In this document: positions 8,986-18,851 of the stretch, piece after piece
How positions within the stretch are numbered: position 1 is the stretch's first letter
How the letters are laid out: every line of letters begins with the position of its first letter
NCBI GenBank assembly: GCA_902772915.1
Contig: CACYCE010000004.1
Span: 10,746 to 74,745, forward strand
Source of the DNA: an uncultured Erysipelotrichaceae bacterium
GTDB lineage: Bacteria > Bacillota_I > Bacilli_A > RFN20 > CAG-288
Direction of reading: 5' to 3'
Length of the DNA: 64,000 bases
The notes under the pieces: generated by a model
Database searches by the model: none
The model's input: the letters and a program-made list of their open reading frames with translations, nothing else
Told to the model about the DNA's origin: nothing
Program-made: the position numbers and the translations under genes

Positions 8986-9985
8986 TCAAAGTGAAGATAT
9001 TCACGTTAGATACGCATCTCCTAAACTATATAGGAGAGTTTTTGCTTTGTTTTTGGATTACATTATTTTCGCTCTGTTGTGGATTGCTCTATTTTTAGGG
9101 ATAAGAGCTATAGTTAATATGTCTTCAGCATATAAAAACGCTGAGAGTAATATTAATAAAACTAGGTTAGAGTGTGGGCTTTACGTCAATTATAATAACG
9201 AGACTGTAACTTTAGGAACTTATTATAAGGGCATGGCTGGAGAATACACAAATAAGCAAGTTTATGAAGGCTATGTCAACGGTCTAAATAATTTCTATAA
9301 ATATTTAAATGACAATATTTCTCCTGAAGCAAGTAAATCTGCCCAAGAAGATTTTTACACCAAGATTAAAAGTAAGAATTACGTTTATTCTTCGGTGAAT
9401 TATTTCATATTCGATGAAACTAATAAAACTGTCACCAAGAATCCTGATTGCCAAGCCCCATATTCTAAATATTCAGAAGTTTACCTCGATTATATCGATA
9501 ATGTAGCTTATGGATTGCTCTCTCAATTTAATACGAATTATTTGAATAGCACAAGAATTTTATCTAATTTTCTCTTGTTCTTAGAGGTGCCTTTAGCTAC
9601 GTTTTTATCCGGTGTAGTTACCTTTTATATCCCCGGGTTAATTTTTAGAAGGGGAAGGCAAACTATAGGCATGTTAGTTTACAAGATGGGGAGGACTAAT
9701 TCTTCGCTTTTACACCTCTCCTTTGCTAGGTTTACAGCTAGGAGTGCGATCTATATTATTTTCATTCAATTATTGTCGATATTTACGTTCGGTTTACCGT
9801 TAATTATTTCTTTTAGCATGATAGCTTTTTCTAAAAACAGACAAAATTTTGTCGATTACATGTTAGGTATCTATGATGTGGAATTGTACAATACGAAAGT
9901 TTATTACACTAAAGAGGAGATTCTCATCGAAGAATTAGAAAAGAAAAATAAGCATGTAGAATTCCAAGCTGAATCTAGATTGTGA
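8945..9985 (+). CDS. RDD family membrane protein (paralog) with a large extracytoplasmic insertion
   Basis: RRVFALFLDY, QTIGMLVYKM, QNFVDYMLG. Overlaps the upstream gene by 41 nt; TGA stop. Confidence 0.75.
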   Translation: MSIKPEEASNTTINQSEDIHVRYASPKLYRRVFALFLDYIIFALLWIALFLGIRAIVNMSSAYKNAESNINKTRLECGLYVNYNNETVTLGTYYKGMAGEYTNKQVYEGYVNGLNNFYKYLNDNISPEASKSAQEDFYTKIKSKNYVYSSVNYFIFDETNKTVTKNPDCQAPYSKYSEVYLDYIDNVAYGLLSQFNTNYLNSTRILSNFLLFLEVPLATFLSGVVTFYIPGLIFRRGRQTIGMLVYKMGRTNSSLLHLSFARFTARSAIYIIFIQLLSIFTFGLPLIISFSMIAFSKNRQNFVDYMLGIYDVELYNTKVYYTKEEILIEELEKKNKHVEFQAESRL

Positions 9986-10105
9986 AGCAATTATTGATTT
10001 TTAAAGCGTTAAAGTTTTGTTGTATTAAACTTATGTTTAATTGTATAATTAATTTATGAAAAAATTCAGTTATGACTAAATTACAGATAGGAAGGTTTAT
10101 AACTA

Positions 10106-11590
10106 ATGTTTAGGAAGTTGTCATTGGTCGCCGCCGGAATGCTAGCTGTATTCGGAATTGGCGCAGGTTCGTTTTATTCTAATTCAACCAATTTAAGCAC
10201 TGCTACTGAAGCTTTTTTTGCTGAAGAACAGACTAAATTTTTGCAAGGAGCAAACGACAATCTTGAATTAGTCGATATTCAAGGTTTTGACTCTACTGCG
10301 AAGTTCACATTGAATTCGGCCACTAAATCACCTAATTGCCAGACATATGCAATTTCAATTAGAGTTGATGAAAGCAGCCCGAATTCTTTTTATTTAGGAT
10401 ATTACGGAGAAGGGGAACAATATAAACCTTTAACTTTCTCTTATCAAGCTACCGATTCTGCTGGTACTACAAAAACTTATATTCAAGAAGCTACTTTAAC
10501 TTCCACTGTCAATCCTTTTGATGGCATTGGTGTTAAATTGGCTGGTACTAATGTTTTTACTTCCAATGCTGATTTAAGCATTGCTAAAGATATGGTTGTC
10601 AAACCTGAATCATTAAGGGTCTACAACGTTTTTAAATATGACGAAAGCAATAGATCTCCTATCTTCGATACTAATTATTACATCGATTGTACTCTTTCTC
10701 CTAGAGCTAAAACCAATTATGAATTAAATCGATTCCTCATACCTGAATTATCCGGTACTTCTACTTTCACCGGTTACTTCAATATGCAATGTAAATATGA
10801 AGCCCCTGCTTATGAGTCTTACAAAGACCTTTATTCAAGATGGGGAGCCCACGAAGAAGCTGTCGCTTCTGGTGAAGAATTCATAAGAGCGAGAATCGTC
10901 AATTTGGCAGCGACTTCTTACAAATTAAATTACTCTGATGGAACTAGTGTTGTTAGAAAAATCACTGGTACTGATGCGTTCAGCTTATCTAGAGGTGGAG
11001 TCTTAAACTTCTTGCTTAAAGGGGTTAGAACTGATGGATTAAGTTCGCTAGAATTACTCTCAGCTACTGTCGCAATCGACTTAGTATCTACCGCTAATCA
11101 CAAAACTATGACTGGTTCAGAAATCAAATATAGATTCGGTTCAATTCCTTTCGCTTTAAGTGGAAATCAAACTATAGCTTCTAATATCTCTTATGATCTA
11201 GTTATGTGGTTATCATTCGGAATTTTCTTAATTGCCTTCATCGGCTGTGACTACGCTCTCTATAGGTATAGAAAAGAGAAATATAAGAACGATGAATTTA
11301 ACAGAGTCGATCCTAAACATTTTATTAAACGTTCAGTTTTAGCTGGTTTCTATCTAGAGTTGTGGCTATTAGAAATAGTCGCTTTAGCTGGAAGGGGTTC
11401 AGCAATGCACAACACCTTAGTTGTTAAGAATCCTTTCGATATCTTCATCGTAGTCATATCAGTATTGTTAATTATCTTCACTGGTTACTACATCAAATAC
11501 TTCATTGCAGCCTTCAAGGACAATAGAACTAAGAAGCGCGCTGCAGCTCTGAAGTTAGACGAAGATAAAGATGATGACGGTACAAAATAG
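10106..11590 (+). CDS. Hypothetical exported protein with C-terminal TM helices
   Basis: Signal-peptide-like N-terminus, ~340-aa beta-rich soluble region, three C-terminal TM segments; 29 nt upstream of the ABC ATPase. Confidence 0.75.
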   Translation: MFRKLSLVAAGMLAVFGIGAGSFYSNSTNLSTATEAFFAEEQTKFLQGANDNLELVDIQGFDSTAKFTLNSATKSPNCQTYAISIRVDESSPNSFYLGYYGEGEQYKPLTFSYQATDSAGTTKTYIQEATLTSTVNPFDGIGVKLAGTNVFTSNADLSIAKDMVVKPESLRVYNVFKYDESNRSPIFDTNYYIDCTLSPRAKTNYELNRFLIPELSGTSTFTGYFNMQCKYEAPAYESYKDLYSRWGAHEEAVASGEEFIRARIVNLAATSYKLNYSDGTSVVRKITGTDAFSLSRGGVLNFLLKGVRTDGLSSLELLSATVAIDLVSTANHKTMTGSEIKYRFGSIPFALSGNQTIASNISYDLVMWLSFGIFLIAFIGCDYALYRYRKEKYKNDEFNRVDPKHFIKRSVLAGFYLELWLLEIVALAGRGSAMHNTLVVKNPFDIFIVVISVLLIIFTGYYIKYFIAAFKDNRTKKRAAALKLDEDKDDDGTK

Positions 11591-11619
11591 AATGGAGTAA
11601 GAAAAAAGAGGACTGATTT

Positions 11620-13563
11620 ATGGAAATTAAGATTAAAAATTTAACAAAGATCTTCCCTGGTGATGTCAAAAAGAGAATTAGAGACACCATCGCTGTCAAG
11701 GATTTAGATTTTGTTGTCCCTGATGGAAAATTAGTTGGTTTATTAGGCCCTTCCGGCTGCGGTAAATCCACTACTTTGTACATGATTTCTGGTTTGTTAA
11801 AACCTACTTCTGGAGAAGTTTGGTTTGGCGATCAAGAAGTTACTAATCTTTCTCCTGAAAAAAGAGGTATAGGTTTAGTTTTCCAAAACTACGCTTTGTA
11901 TCCTCATATGACTATCTATAAGAACATTGAATTCCCTCTAACTAATTTGAAAGTTGAAGTTCCTTGTACTACTAAATACAATTTCACCATTACTTACACT
12001 TACAATTTAGAACCTGAAGATGATGTAAAGGGAATTGTCGCTGCTGCTCTTACTTTAGGTGCTAGAGTTGGCTTAAGATCTTCCGTTTTTAAAAAGCAAA
12101 TCGATGTCGAATCCTCAGTAGAGGGAAATGTTTTAACTTTAGTTGTTAAATTGTTAAATACCTCTGAAACTGTCAAAGAATTGTATTTAAAGCAATTCCC
12201 TGAAATTATTAAGCCTACTTCAACTGACGTTAAAGATGAACACGTCACTGATGCTTTATTTGATACTGTCTTTAGAGCGACTATCAATAAAGTTGAAGAA
12301 GATGAAGTCATGGATGTCACTTTCTCTGGTAAGTTAGATGAATCTTTCACCACCTCTTCTATGGATGATGACATTAACAATTCTAAAAATGCTTTATCTA
12401 AATACGGCAAGATTGAATCAGCGGTCATTATGAAGACTAGAACTGGTTACGAATTATACGCTAGAGTCTTAGGTGTCTCTGCTTTGAAGTTGGAAGAAGC
12501 TATGGGAGAATTCACTAACTCTAACAAATTTGAATCTACTAAAAAATCAGTTAACAACGTCGTTTCTAAAAACTTCGCTTCTAAAGTTTCTTCCTTATTG
12601 AAAGCTAGAAATATTTCTTTCTCTGAATTGAAAGTCTATTTCGACAAATCTGTCACTAAATTATATGTCGAATTGAACAAAGTTAAGAAAGAAGTTACTG
12701 AAGAAACTATCAAAACTTTAACTACTGAATTAGATTTATCTGAAATCGAATCTGAAACTAAGCAAGCTATCGAACATAGAAAGCTCACTAAAGAAGAGAG
12801 AAGAGATATCGTTCATGAAACTGCTAAATTAGTTCAAGTTGAAGAATATTTAGAGAGAAAACCTTCTCAATTATCCGGTGGTCAACAACAACGTGTCGCT
12901 ATCGCTAGAGCTTTGGTTAAAAAACCTAAAGTTTTATTGTTAGATGAACCTCTATCTAACTTGGATGCTCGTTTGAGATTACAAACTAGAGAAGAAATTA
13001 AGAGAATTCAACAGGAGACTGGTATCACTACAGTCTTCGTTACTCACGACCAAGAAGAAGCGATGTCCATCTGCGATGAAATCGTCGTTATGAAGTTAGG
13101 TGAAGAGCAACAAATCGACGCCCCTCAAAAGGTTTATAATTCACCTGCTAATTTATTCGTCGCTCAATTCTTAGGTACTCCTCCTATCAATGTCTTCAAT
13201 GGAAGAATTGAAAAGGGCGATATCTATATTGGTGAAGATAAAATCATGCACACCTCTAAGAAGATTGAAGATCAAGAATTATCTGTCGCTATTAGACCTG
13301 AAGGTGTGGTCACTAAAGTCAATAAAGATTTCGGTTTAACTTGCAATGTTGAATCGATTCAAGTTTTGGGTAGAGATTTATTCGTCGTCGCTACTAATCC
13401 TAACTGTACTAAAGAGAACTTCAAATTCATCATTCCTGATGACGAAGAAGTTAAAATGGGTCAAATTAAAATTTCCGTCAAGCCTAATAAATTCTACATT
13501 TTCTCTAAGAAGAACGATGAAAGAATTTACTTAGAAGAGGAAGAAACAAAGTCTGAGGAATAA
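11620..13563 (+). CDS. CUT1 (MalK/UgpC-type) ABC ATP-binding protein with a large insertion
   Basis: Walker [48 protein letters not shown]-terminal TOBE-like region. Confidence 0.95.
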   Translation: MEIKIKNLTKIFPGDVKKRIRDTIAVKDLDFVVPDGKLVGLLGPSGCGKSTTLYMISGLLKPTSGEVWFGDQEVTNLSPEKRGIGLVFQNYALYPHMTIYKNIEFPLTNLKVEVPCTTKYNFTITYTYNLEPEDDVKGIVAAALTLGARVGLRSSVFKKQIDVESSVEGNVLTLVVKLLNTSETVKELYLKQFPEIIKPTSTDVKDEHVTDALFDTVFRATINKVEEDEVMDVTFSGKLDESFTTSSMDDDINNSKNALSKYGKIESAVIMKTRTGYELYARVLGVSALKLEEAMGEFTNSNKFESTKKSVNNVVSKNFASKVSSLLKARNISFSELKVYFDKSVTKLYVELNKVKKEVTEETIKTLTTELDLSEIESETKQAIEHRKLTKEERRDIVHETAKLVQVEEYLERKPSQLSGGQQQRVAIARALVKKPKVLLLDEPLSNLDARLRLQTREEIKRIQQETGITTVFVTHDQEEAMSICDEIVVMKLGEEQQIDAPQKVYNSPANLFVAQFLGTPPINVFNGRIEKGDIYIGEDKIMHTSKKIEDQELSVAIRPEGVVTKVNKDFGLTCNVESIQVLGRDLFVVATNPNCTKENFKFIIPDDEEVKMGQIKISVKPNKFYIFSKKNDERIYLEEEETKSEE

Positions 13564-13566
13564 AAT

Positions 13567-14652
13567 ATGGCTACAGTTAATGAATTTAAAACCGAGACTC
13601 CATCATTAACCGCCGTAAACGATTTCTTTTTAGAGCGCCCTACTTACAAGGAAGGTTACGATCAAGAAACTAACACTGTTATTAGATTAGTTTCTTCTAA
13701 ACGTAATAAACCTGGCAAAGAAAAGAAAGCTTACAAGGTTACTGGTATCGATGATGTAGCTGCTAAGAACAACTGGAAAGCTTGGTTGTATTTAGCACCT
13801 GCTTTGATTTTGGTAGTCATCTTCTTAATTTATCCTTTGATTAACACTATTTTCATTTCTTTCTTGAAGGATTATTCCTACGTTACTGGTTCTTTCTCAG
13901 GTATGACATTTGAGAATTTCGGTATCATCTTAGGCTTAACTCCTTACAATGGCGTCTACGAGACTAATTTTGTCAAATACGCTATTCCTAATACGTTCAT
14001 AATCGTTTTCTTGACAGTTCCTATTTCTACTTTGATCGCTTTGATGATTTCCGTCTGGTTGAATTCCATCAAATGGTTCCAAAAGTTTTTACAAATTGTC
14101 TTCTTCTTACCTTACGTTACTAACGCTATTGCTGTAGGTATGGTCTTCTCAGTCTTATTTGATGAACATGGTATTATCAACTACATGTTCAATTCGAATA
14201 TCGTTTGGATTTATGCAGCTACTAGAGAACACGCGATGGTTCCTTTAATGCTCTATATCGTTTGGTCTAGTTTACCTTTCAAGATTCTAATCTTCTTATC
14301 AGGTTTACAAGGCATCGATAAGCAATATTATCAAGCTGCTAAAGTCGATGCGGCTTCTTCCACTAAGATCTTATGGAGAATCACCGTTCCTTTAATGTCA
14401 CCTCAGATTATGTACATCGTTATTACTTCCTTTATTGGAGCGTTCAAAGAATATACCGCTATCGTCGGCTTATTCAACAATCCTGGTACGACTCCGGGTG
14501 ATTACTCACTGTACACAATCGTCTACTACATCTACGATAATTTGAATAGCCACACTACCTTTGCTGCGGCAGCTGCGGTCTTCTTATTTATCATCATCTT
14601 GGTTTTCACCTTCATCCAATTAGGTGTATCCAAGAAGAGAGTTCACTATTAA
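13567..14652 (+). CDS. CUT1 ABC permease (MalF/UgpA type)
   Basis: AWLYLAPAL, EAA-like loop YYQAAKVDAAS, WRITVPL. Confidence 0.93.
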   Translation: MATVNEFKTETPSLTAVNDFFLERPTYKEGYDQETNTVIRLVSSKRNKPGKEKKAYKVTGIDDVAAKNNWKAWLYLAPALILVVIFLIYPLINTIFISFLKDYSYVTGSFSGMTFENFGIILGLTPYNGVYETNFVKYAIPNTFIIVFLTVPISTLIALMISVWLNSIKWFQKFLQIVFFLPYVTNAIAVGMVFSVLFDEHGIINYMFNSNIVWIYAATREHAMVPLMLYIVWSSLPFKILIFLSGLQGIDKQYYQAAKVDAASSTKILWRITVPLMSPQIMYIVITSFIGAFKEYTAIVGLFNNPGTTPGDYSLYTIVYYIYDNLNSHTTFAAAAAVFLFIIILVFTFIQLGVSKKRVHY

Positions 14653-14670
14653 ATAGAGGAGGGAAATTAC

Positions 14671-15663
14671 ATGTCAAACGAAAATTTAAATGCAATTGAA
14701 CCTCAAAATGTGAAAGTTTACACTGTCCCTAAGATGGACACTTCACATATTGTTCTCTCATTAGAAGAATCTAGTAGAAGTGTGGCTGCGATTCAAAGAA
14801 GGGAAAAGATCGGCGGCATTATTACCACAATTCTTACTTACGTAATCTTGTTGGCCTTAGCCTTGATTGTTGTCTTCCCCTTCTACTGGATGATTATTAC
14901 TTCCTTAAAAACTAACGAAGAAGTCATTCAATCTAATCAAACTTTGTTCCCTTCGATCGTCATGTGGTCTAATTACGTGTTCGTCTTCCAAGAATTTAAG
15001 TTTGGTACTTTCTTAGGCAATACAATTGTTGTTGCTATCTTCTCGACTCTAGGTACTTTGCTTACTACAGTCTTAGCGGCTTACGCCTTTGCTAGATTGG
15101 AATTTAAGGGTAGAGAAGCAGTCTTCTTAATCTTCTTGATGACTATGATGATTCCTGGTGAAATGATGGTTATTTCTAACTACATCACCGTCGCATCCTT
15201 TGGATGGATTGGAAGTGGACAAACCTTGTTAAATGCTTACTTATCAATGATTGTTCCTTTCGTTGTTTCCGTCTTCTACATTTATTTACTTAGACAAAAC
15301 TTCAAACAGATACCTAACGAATTGTATCTAGCTGCTAAAGTCGATGGTAAATCTGACTGGTCCTTCTTATGGAAAGTCATGGTTCCTTTAGCTGCACCTA
15401 CATTAATTTCTATCTGTATCTTGAAGTTCATGGGTACTTGGAACTCCTACGTCTGGCCTAACTTAGTTACCAATTCTGAATCGTACAGATTAATTTCTAA
15501 CGGTTTGAGAGGATCTTCATTCACCGATCCTGATACTGGTAGAACTAACTTCGGCTATCAGATGGCTGGTACTGTTCTAGTTACCGTTCCTCTATTCTTG
15601 TTATTCGTCATCTTCCGTAAATACATCATGAGAGGTGTAGGAAGAGCTGGTATCAAAGGATAG
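14671..15663 (+). CDS. CUT1 ABC permease (MalG/UgpE type)
   Basis: PFYWMIITSLK, IPNELYLAAKVDG, WNSYVWP. Confidence 0.93.
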   Translation: MSNENLNAIEPQNVKVYTVPKMDTSHIVLSLEESSRSVAAIQRREKIGGIITTILTYVILLALALIVVFPFYWMIITSLKTNEEVIQSNQTLFPSIVMWSNYVFVFQEFKFGTFLGNTIVVAIFSTLGTLLTTVLAAYAFARLEFKGREAVFLIFLMTMMIPGEMMVISNYITVASFGWIGSGQTLLNAYLSMIVPFVVSVFYIYLLRQNFKQIPNELYLAAKVDGKSDWSFLWKVMVPLAAPTLISICILKFMGTWNSYVWPNLVTNSESYRLISNGLRGSSFTDPDTGRTNFGYQMAGTVLVTVPLFLLFVIFRKYIMRGVGRAGIKG

Positions 15664-15752
15664 AGAATCCTTATTACTTCGGTTTAATTTATCGTAAGGA
15701 TAATTAAATATATTTCATGGTTTTACAAATGTTAAAGGAGGTCTAAAATTTC

Positions 15753-17270
15753 ATGAAAAAACAATTTGCGTCATTGCTATTGACTGTCGCTGCCGCATCG
15801 AGCTTAGTCGCTTGTAACAATGCACCTGCTTCTACTGCTGTTTCTTCTGCTGCATCTTCTGCCGCATCTTCTATTGCATCTTCTGCTGCAACTTCTATTG
15901 CATCTTCTGCTGCCGGCACTCAAACCGAAATCACTTTCTGGTCTACCATCGGACAAAATAACCGTCCTGTTTTTGAAAAGATTGTTTCTGATTTCGAAGC
16001 TGCTTATCCTCAATACAAGATTAACAACGTCTATCAATCTGGTAACTACAACCAATTAAAGGATATGGTTACTTCTGGTTTCGCTGCTAATAACTATCCT
16101 GATTTAGTTCAATGTTATCCTGACCATGTTGCTGAATACATCAACTATGGTAAAGCTGTCGATTTAACTAGCTACATGAATGATCCTCAAATCGGTTTAA
16201 CCGCTGAAGATAAAGCTGATTATATTGAAGAATTCATGAGGGAAGGTCAAGAATATGCCGTTACCGGTACTTATTCAGTTCCTTTCTCTAAATCTACCGA
16301 ATTAATGTTCTACAATCCTGTCTTATTAGGCTTGAATTTATCTTCTGTTGATCCTACCATCAACGAAGGCAACCCTTTAAATAGAGCTTACTTAGAGAAC
16401 TTAACTTGGGAAGAATTATTCGAAAAGCTCTGTCCTGCTATCGTTACATACAACAACTCCTTAGAAGCTTCTAAGAAGATCTTAAAAGAAGATCAAGCTT
16501 ATCACGCCGTCTTCGCTTATGACTCTGATGATAACTTATTCATCACCTTAGCTGAACAATATGGTTATCCTTATACTTCAGTTAACACCACTACTGGTAA
16601 AGGTTCTGCCGATTTCAATAATGACCAAATGAAAGCTTTGACCAAAGTCTTCAACGAAGCTGCTAAGAAAGGCTACATCATTTCTAAAGGTTCTGCTGGT
16701 AACAACTACACTAACGAATATTTCACCAAGAGCAACACCTTATTCTCCGTTGGTTCTACTGGTGGTGTTAAGTATCAATTCGAAGCTAAAAATCCTTTCG
16801 CTACTCAAGTCGCGAGAATTCCTCACGCCAGAGGTAAAGATCCTAAGGTCATTTCTCAAGGTCCTGGCTTAGTTGTCTTATCTCACAACTCCACTGAAAG
16901 AGAAAAAGGTTCTTGGTTATTCTATAAGTTCTTAACTAACAAGAAGAATTCCTTAGCTTGGGCTTTAGATACTGGCTATATGCCTGTTAGAAAATCTGGT
17001 TACACCGATAATGAATATAAAGAAAAGTATTATGTCGATGACACCGTCATGGCAGAAGCTTCTCAAGATGCGTTAATGTCTAGAGCTGGTGCTTATACTG
17101 AAAAGATCATCAATGAAACTTACACCTCACCTGCTTTCATCGGCTCTGCTGCTTGCCGTAATGCCGCTGGTGCTATCATGATCAAAGCTATGACTCCTAC
17201 TTCTACCGCTGCTGATATCGATAAATCTTTCACCGATAACTACACTGCAGCTGTCAAGGAAATTAAGTAA
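15753..17270 (+). CDS. Extracellular solute-binding lipoprotein (family 1-like)
   Basis: Lipobox SLVA-C, Ser/Ala tether, ITFWST, YPDHVAEY, VPFSKSTE, SQGPG, GYMPVRKS. Confidence 0.9.
   Translation: MKKQFASLLLTVAAASSLVACNNAPASTAVSSAASSAASSIASSAATSIASSAAGTQTEITFWSTIGQNNRPVFEKIVSDFEAAYPQYKINNVYQSGNYNQLKDMVTSGFAANNYPDLVQCYPDHVAEYINYGKAVDLTSYMNDPQIGLTAEDKADYIEEFMREGQEYAVTGTYSVPFSKSTELMFYNPVLLGLNLSSVDPTINEGNPLNRAYLENLTWEELFEKLCPAIVTYNNSLEASKKILKEDQAYHAVFAYDSDDNLFITLAEQYGYPYTSVNTTTGKGSADFNNDQMKALTKVFNEAAKKGYIISKGSAGNNYTNEYFTKSNTLFSVGSTGGVKYQFEAKNPFATQVARIPHARGKDPKVISQGPGLVVLSHNSTEREKGSWLFYKFLTNKKNSLAWALDTGYMPVRKSGYTDNEYKEKYYVDDTVMAEASQDALMSRAGAYTEKIINETYTSPAFIGSAACRNAAGAIMIKAMTPTSTAADIDKSFTDNYTAAVKEIK
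15843..15914 (+). repeat. Six tandem imperfect 12-nt units (TCTTCTGCTGCA consensus) encoding the SSAA/SSIA tether
   Basis: Units start at 15843, 15855, 15867, 15879, 15891 and 15903. Confidence 0.9.
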
Positions 17271-17349
17271 ACTAAACAACTAGTTTATTGATTAAAATTT
17301 CTATTTAAAATTTCTTACCCACCTAAAAGATAATGGAGGAATACAAATT

Positions 17350-18837
17350 ATGAAAAAATCTAAAGTTTTATTAACTATTTGTGGAGCCCTGACTCTTTTG
17401 GGTGGGCTTTTTTCCTGTAGTAACAATCCTGCGCCTACTTCTAGTGCGACTTCTACTAGTTCGACAGCTTCATCTATAGCTTTATCTTCTGGAACTAGTC
17501 AAAGTGTCACTATCGACTTTTGGCACACTTCCGGTCAAGGTATTGATGCTGGTTATGTAAGATACGCTAAGAAGTTTGCAGAATTAGTTAAACAAAACGA
17601 AGGTGTCGATTTAACTATCAATTGCTCTTACCAAGGTGGCTATCCTGATATTTTAGATAAGGTCACTAAGTCTTTTGCAACTGGTACAGCTCCTGCTATA
17701 GCTATTGCCTATCCTGACCATGTTGCTAATTACATCGCTATGCAACAGCAAGATGGTAGACAATATGTGGCTGATTTGTCTAAATTAGCTTCTGATCCTA
17801 ACATTGGTTTTGGTAAGCAAGCTTGGATTGGAGATGGGGAAGCTAGCGACTTTGTCCCTACTTTCTATCAAGAAGGTCAAAACTACGTTATCGAAGGCAT
17901 GTATTCTTTACCTTTCTTAAAATCCACTGAAGTTTTGTTCTACAATATTGACCAAGTTCATTCTTACGCTAAATCATATAAACCTGGAGAGTTAATATCT
18001 ACTCAACAAGTAGAGAAGTGGATGTCTTCTCTCACCTGGGATGAATTTATGGAATTTGCAACTTACATCAAAGAACATAAAGATTCTAAATCTGCTTTAG
18101 AAGTCCCAGTCTATTACGATTCTGATTCCAATTTATTCATTTCCAAATGTTATCAAGAAGATATTCCTTTCATATCTTTAAATGATGGAAAGATGTCAGT
18201 TGATTTTGATAACCCCAAAGCTAGAGCTATGGTTGAAAAATTGAAGACTAGCGTCGACGCTGGTGTTCTTACCACTAAAGGAAAAGTCGGCACTTATGGT
18301 TCTTCCTATTTCACTTCTGAAAAGTGTATCTTCTCAATTGGTTCTTCTGGTGGAGCCGGTTATCAAGATCCTTCTGGAGATTTTAATCTAGGCGTCTGTC
18401 AAGTTCCTCATAATGGAAAGAAAAAATATGTCACTCAAGGTCCGACTTTAACTATTTTAAGAAATCCTGGCGACACTGACGCTGTCAATGATCTCAAGAC
18501 TAAATACGCTTGGGAATTTGTTAAATATTTAACTTCTACTGATATAAATATCAGATTGACTTTAGGTTATTCTGAAGGTTATTCTCCCGTTCGTAAATCT
18601 TGTTATGAGACTGCTGATTACCAAGAATACATCTCTGAAGAAGGTGCAGAAATCTTCTCCAAAACCGCTAAAGTTGTCATTGGCTTAGAAGATAATTATA
18701 TTTTAACTCCTTCTGCTAAAGGCACTGCGGCTGCTAGAACTGAAGTCGGAAATTTATTAACTCAATATTTCATTAATAAGAAGACTTTAGACCAAGCCTT
18801 CGCTGATGCTGTAACTGAAACTAAAAAAGCTATGTAA
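17350..18837 (+). CDS. Second solute-binding lipoprotein, paralog of 15753..17270
   Basis: Lipobox LFS-C, IDFWHT, YPDHVANY, LPFLKSTE, TQGPT, GYSPVRKS. Confidence 0.9.
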   Translation: MKKSKVLLTICGALTLLGGLFSCSNNPAPTSSATSTSSTASSIALSSGTSQSVTIDFWHTSGQGIDAGYVRYAKKFAELVKQNEGVDLTINCSYQGGYPDILDKVTKSFATGTAPAIAIAYPDHVANYIAMQQQDGRQYVADLSKLASDPNIGFGKQAWIGDGEASDFVPTFYQEGQNYVIEGMYSLPFLKSTEVLFYNIDQVHSYAKSYKPGELISTQQVEKWMSSLTWDEFMEFATYIKEHKDSKSALEVPVYYDSDSNLFISKCYQEDIPFISLNDGKMSVDFDNPKARAMVEKLKTSVDAGVLTTKGKVGTYGSSYFTSEKCIFSIGSSGGAGYQDPSGDFNLGVCQVPHNGKKKYVTQGPTLTILRNPGDTDAVNDLKTKYAWEFVKYLTSTDINIRLTLGYSEGYSPVRKSCYETADYQEYISEEGAEIFSKTAKVVIGLEDNYILTPSAKGTAAARTEVGNLLTQYFINKKTLDQAFADAVTETKKAM

Positions 18838-18851
18838 AACAGGAGCCTTAT

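Noticed and set aside
6269-9985. Prophage or genomic island integrated at tRNA-Ser
   Set aside because: No integrase, no duplicated tRNA 3' end seen, the SIR2 gene lies on the 5' side of the tRNA, and codon usage looks host-like.
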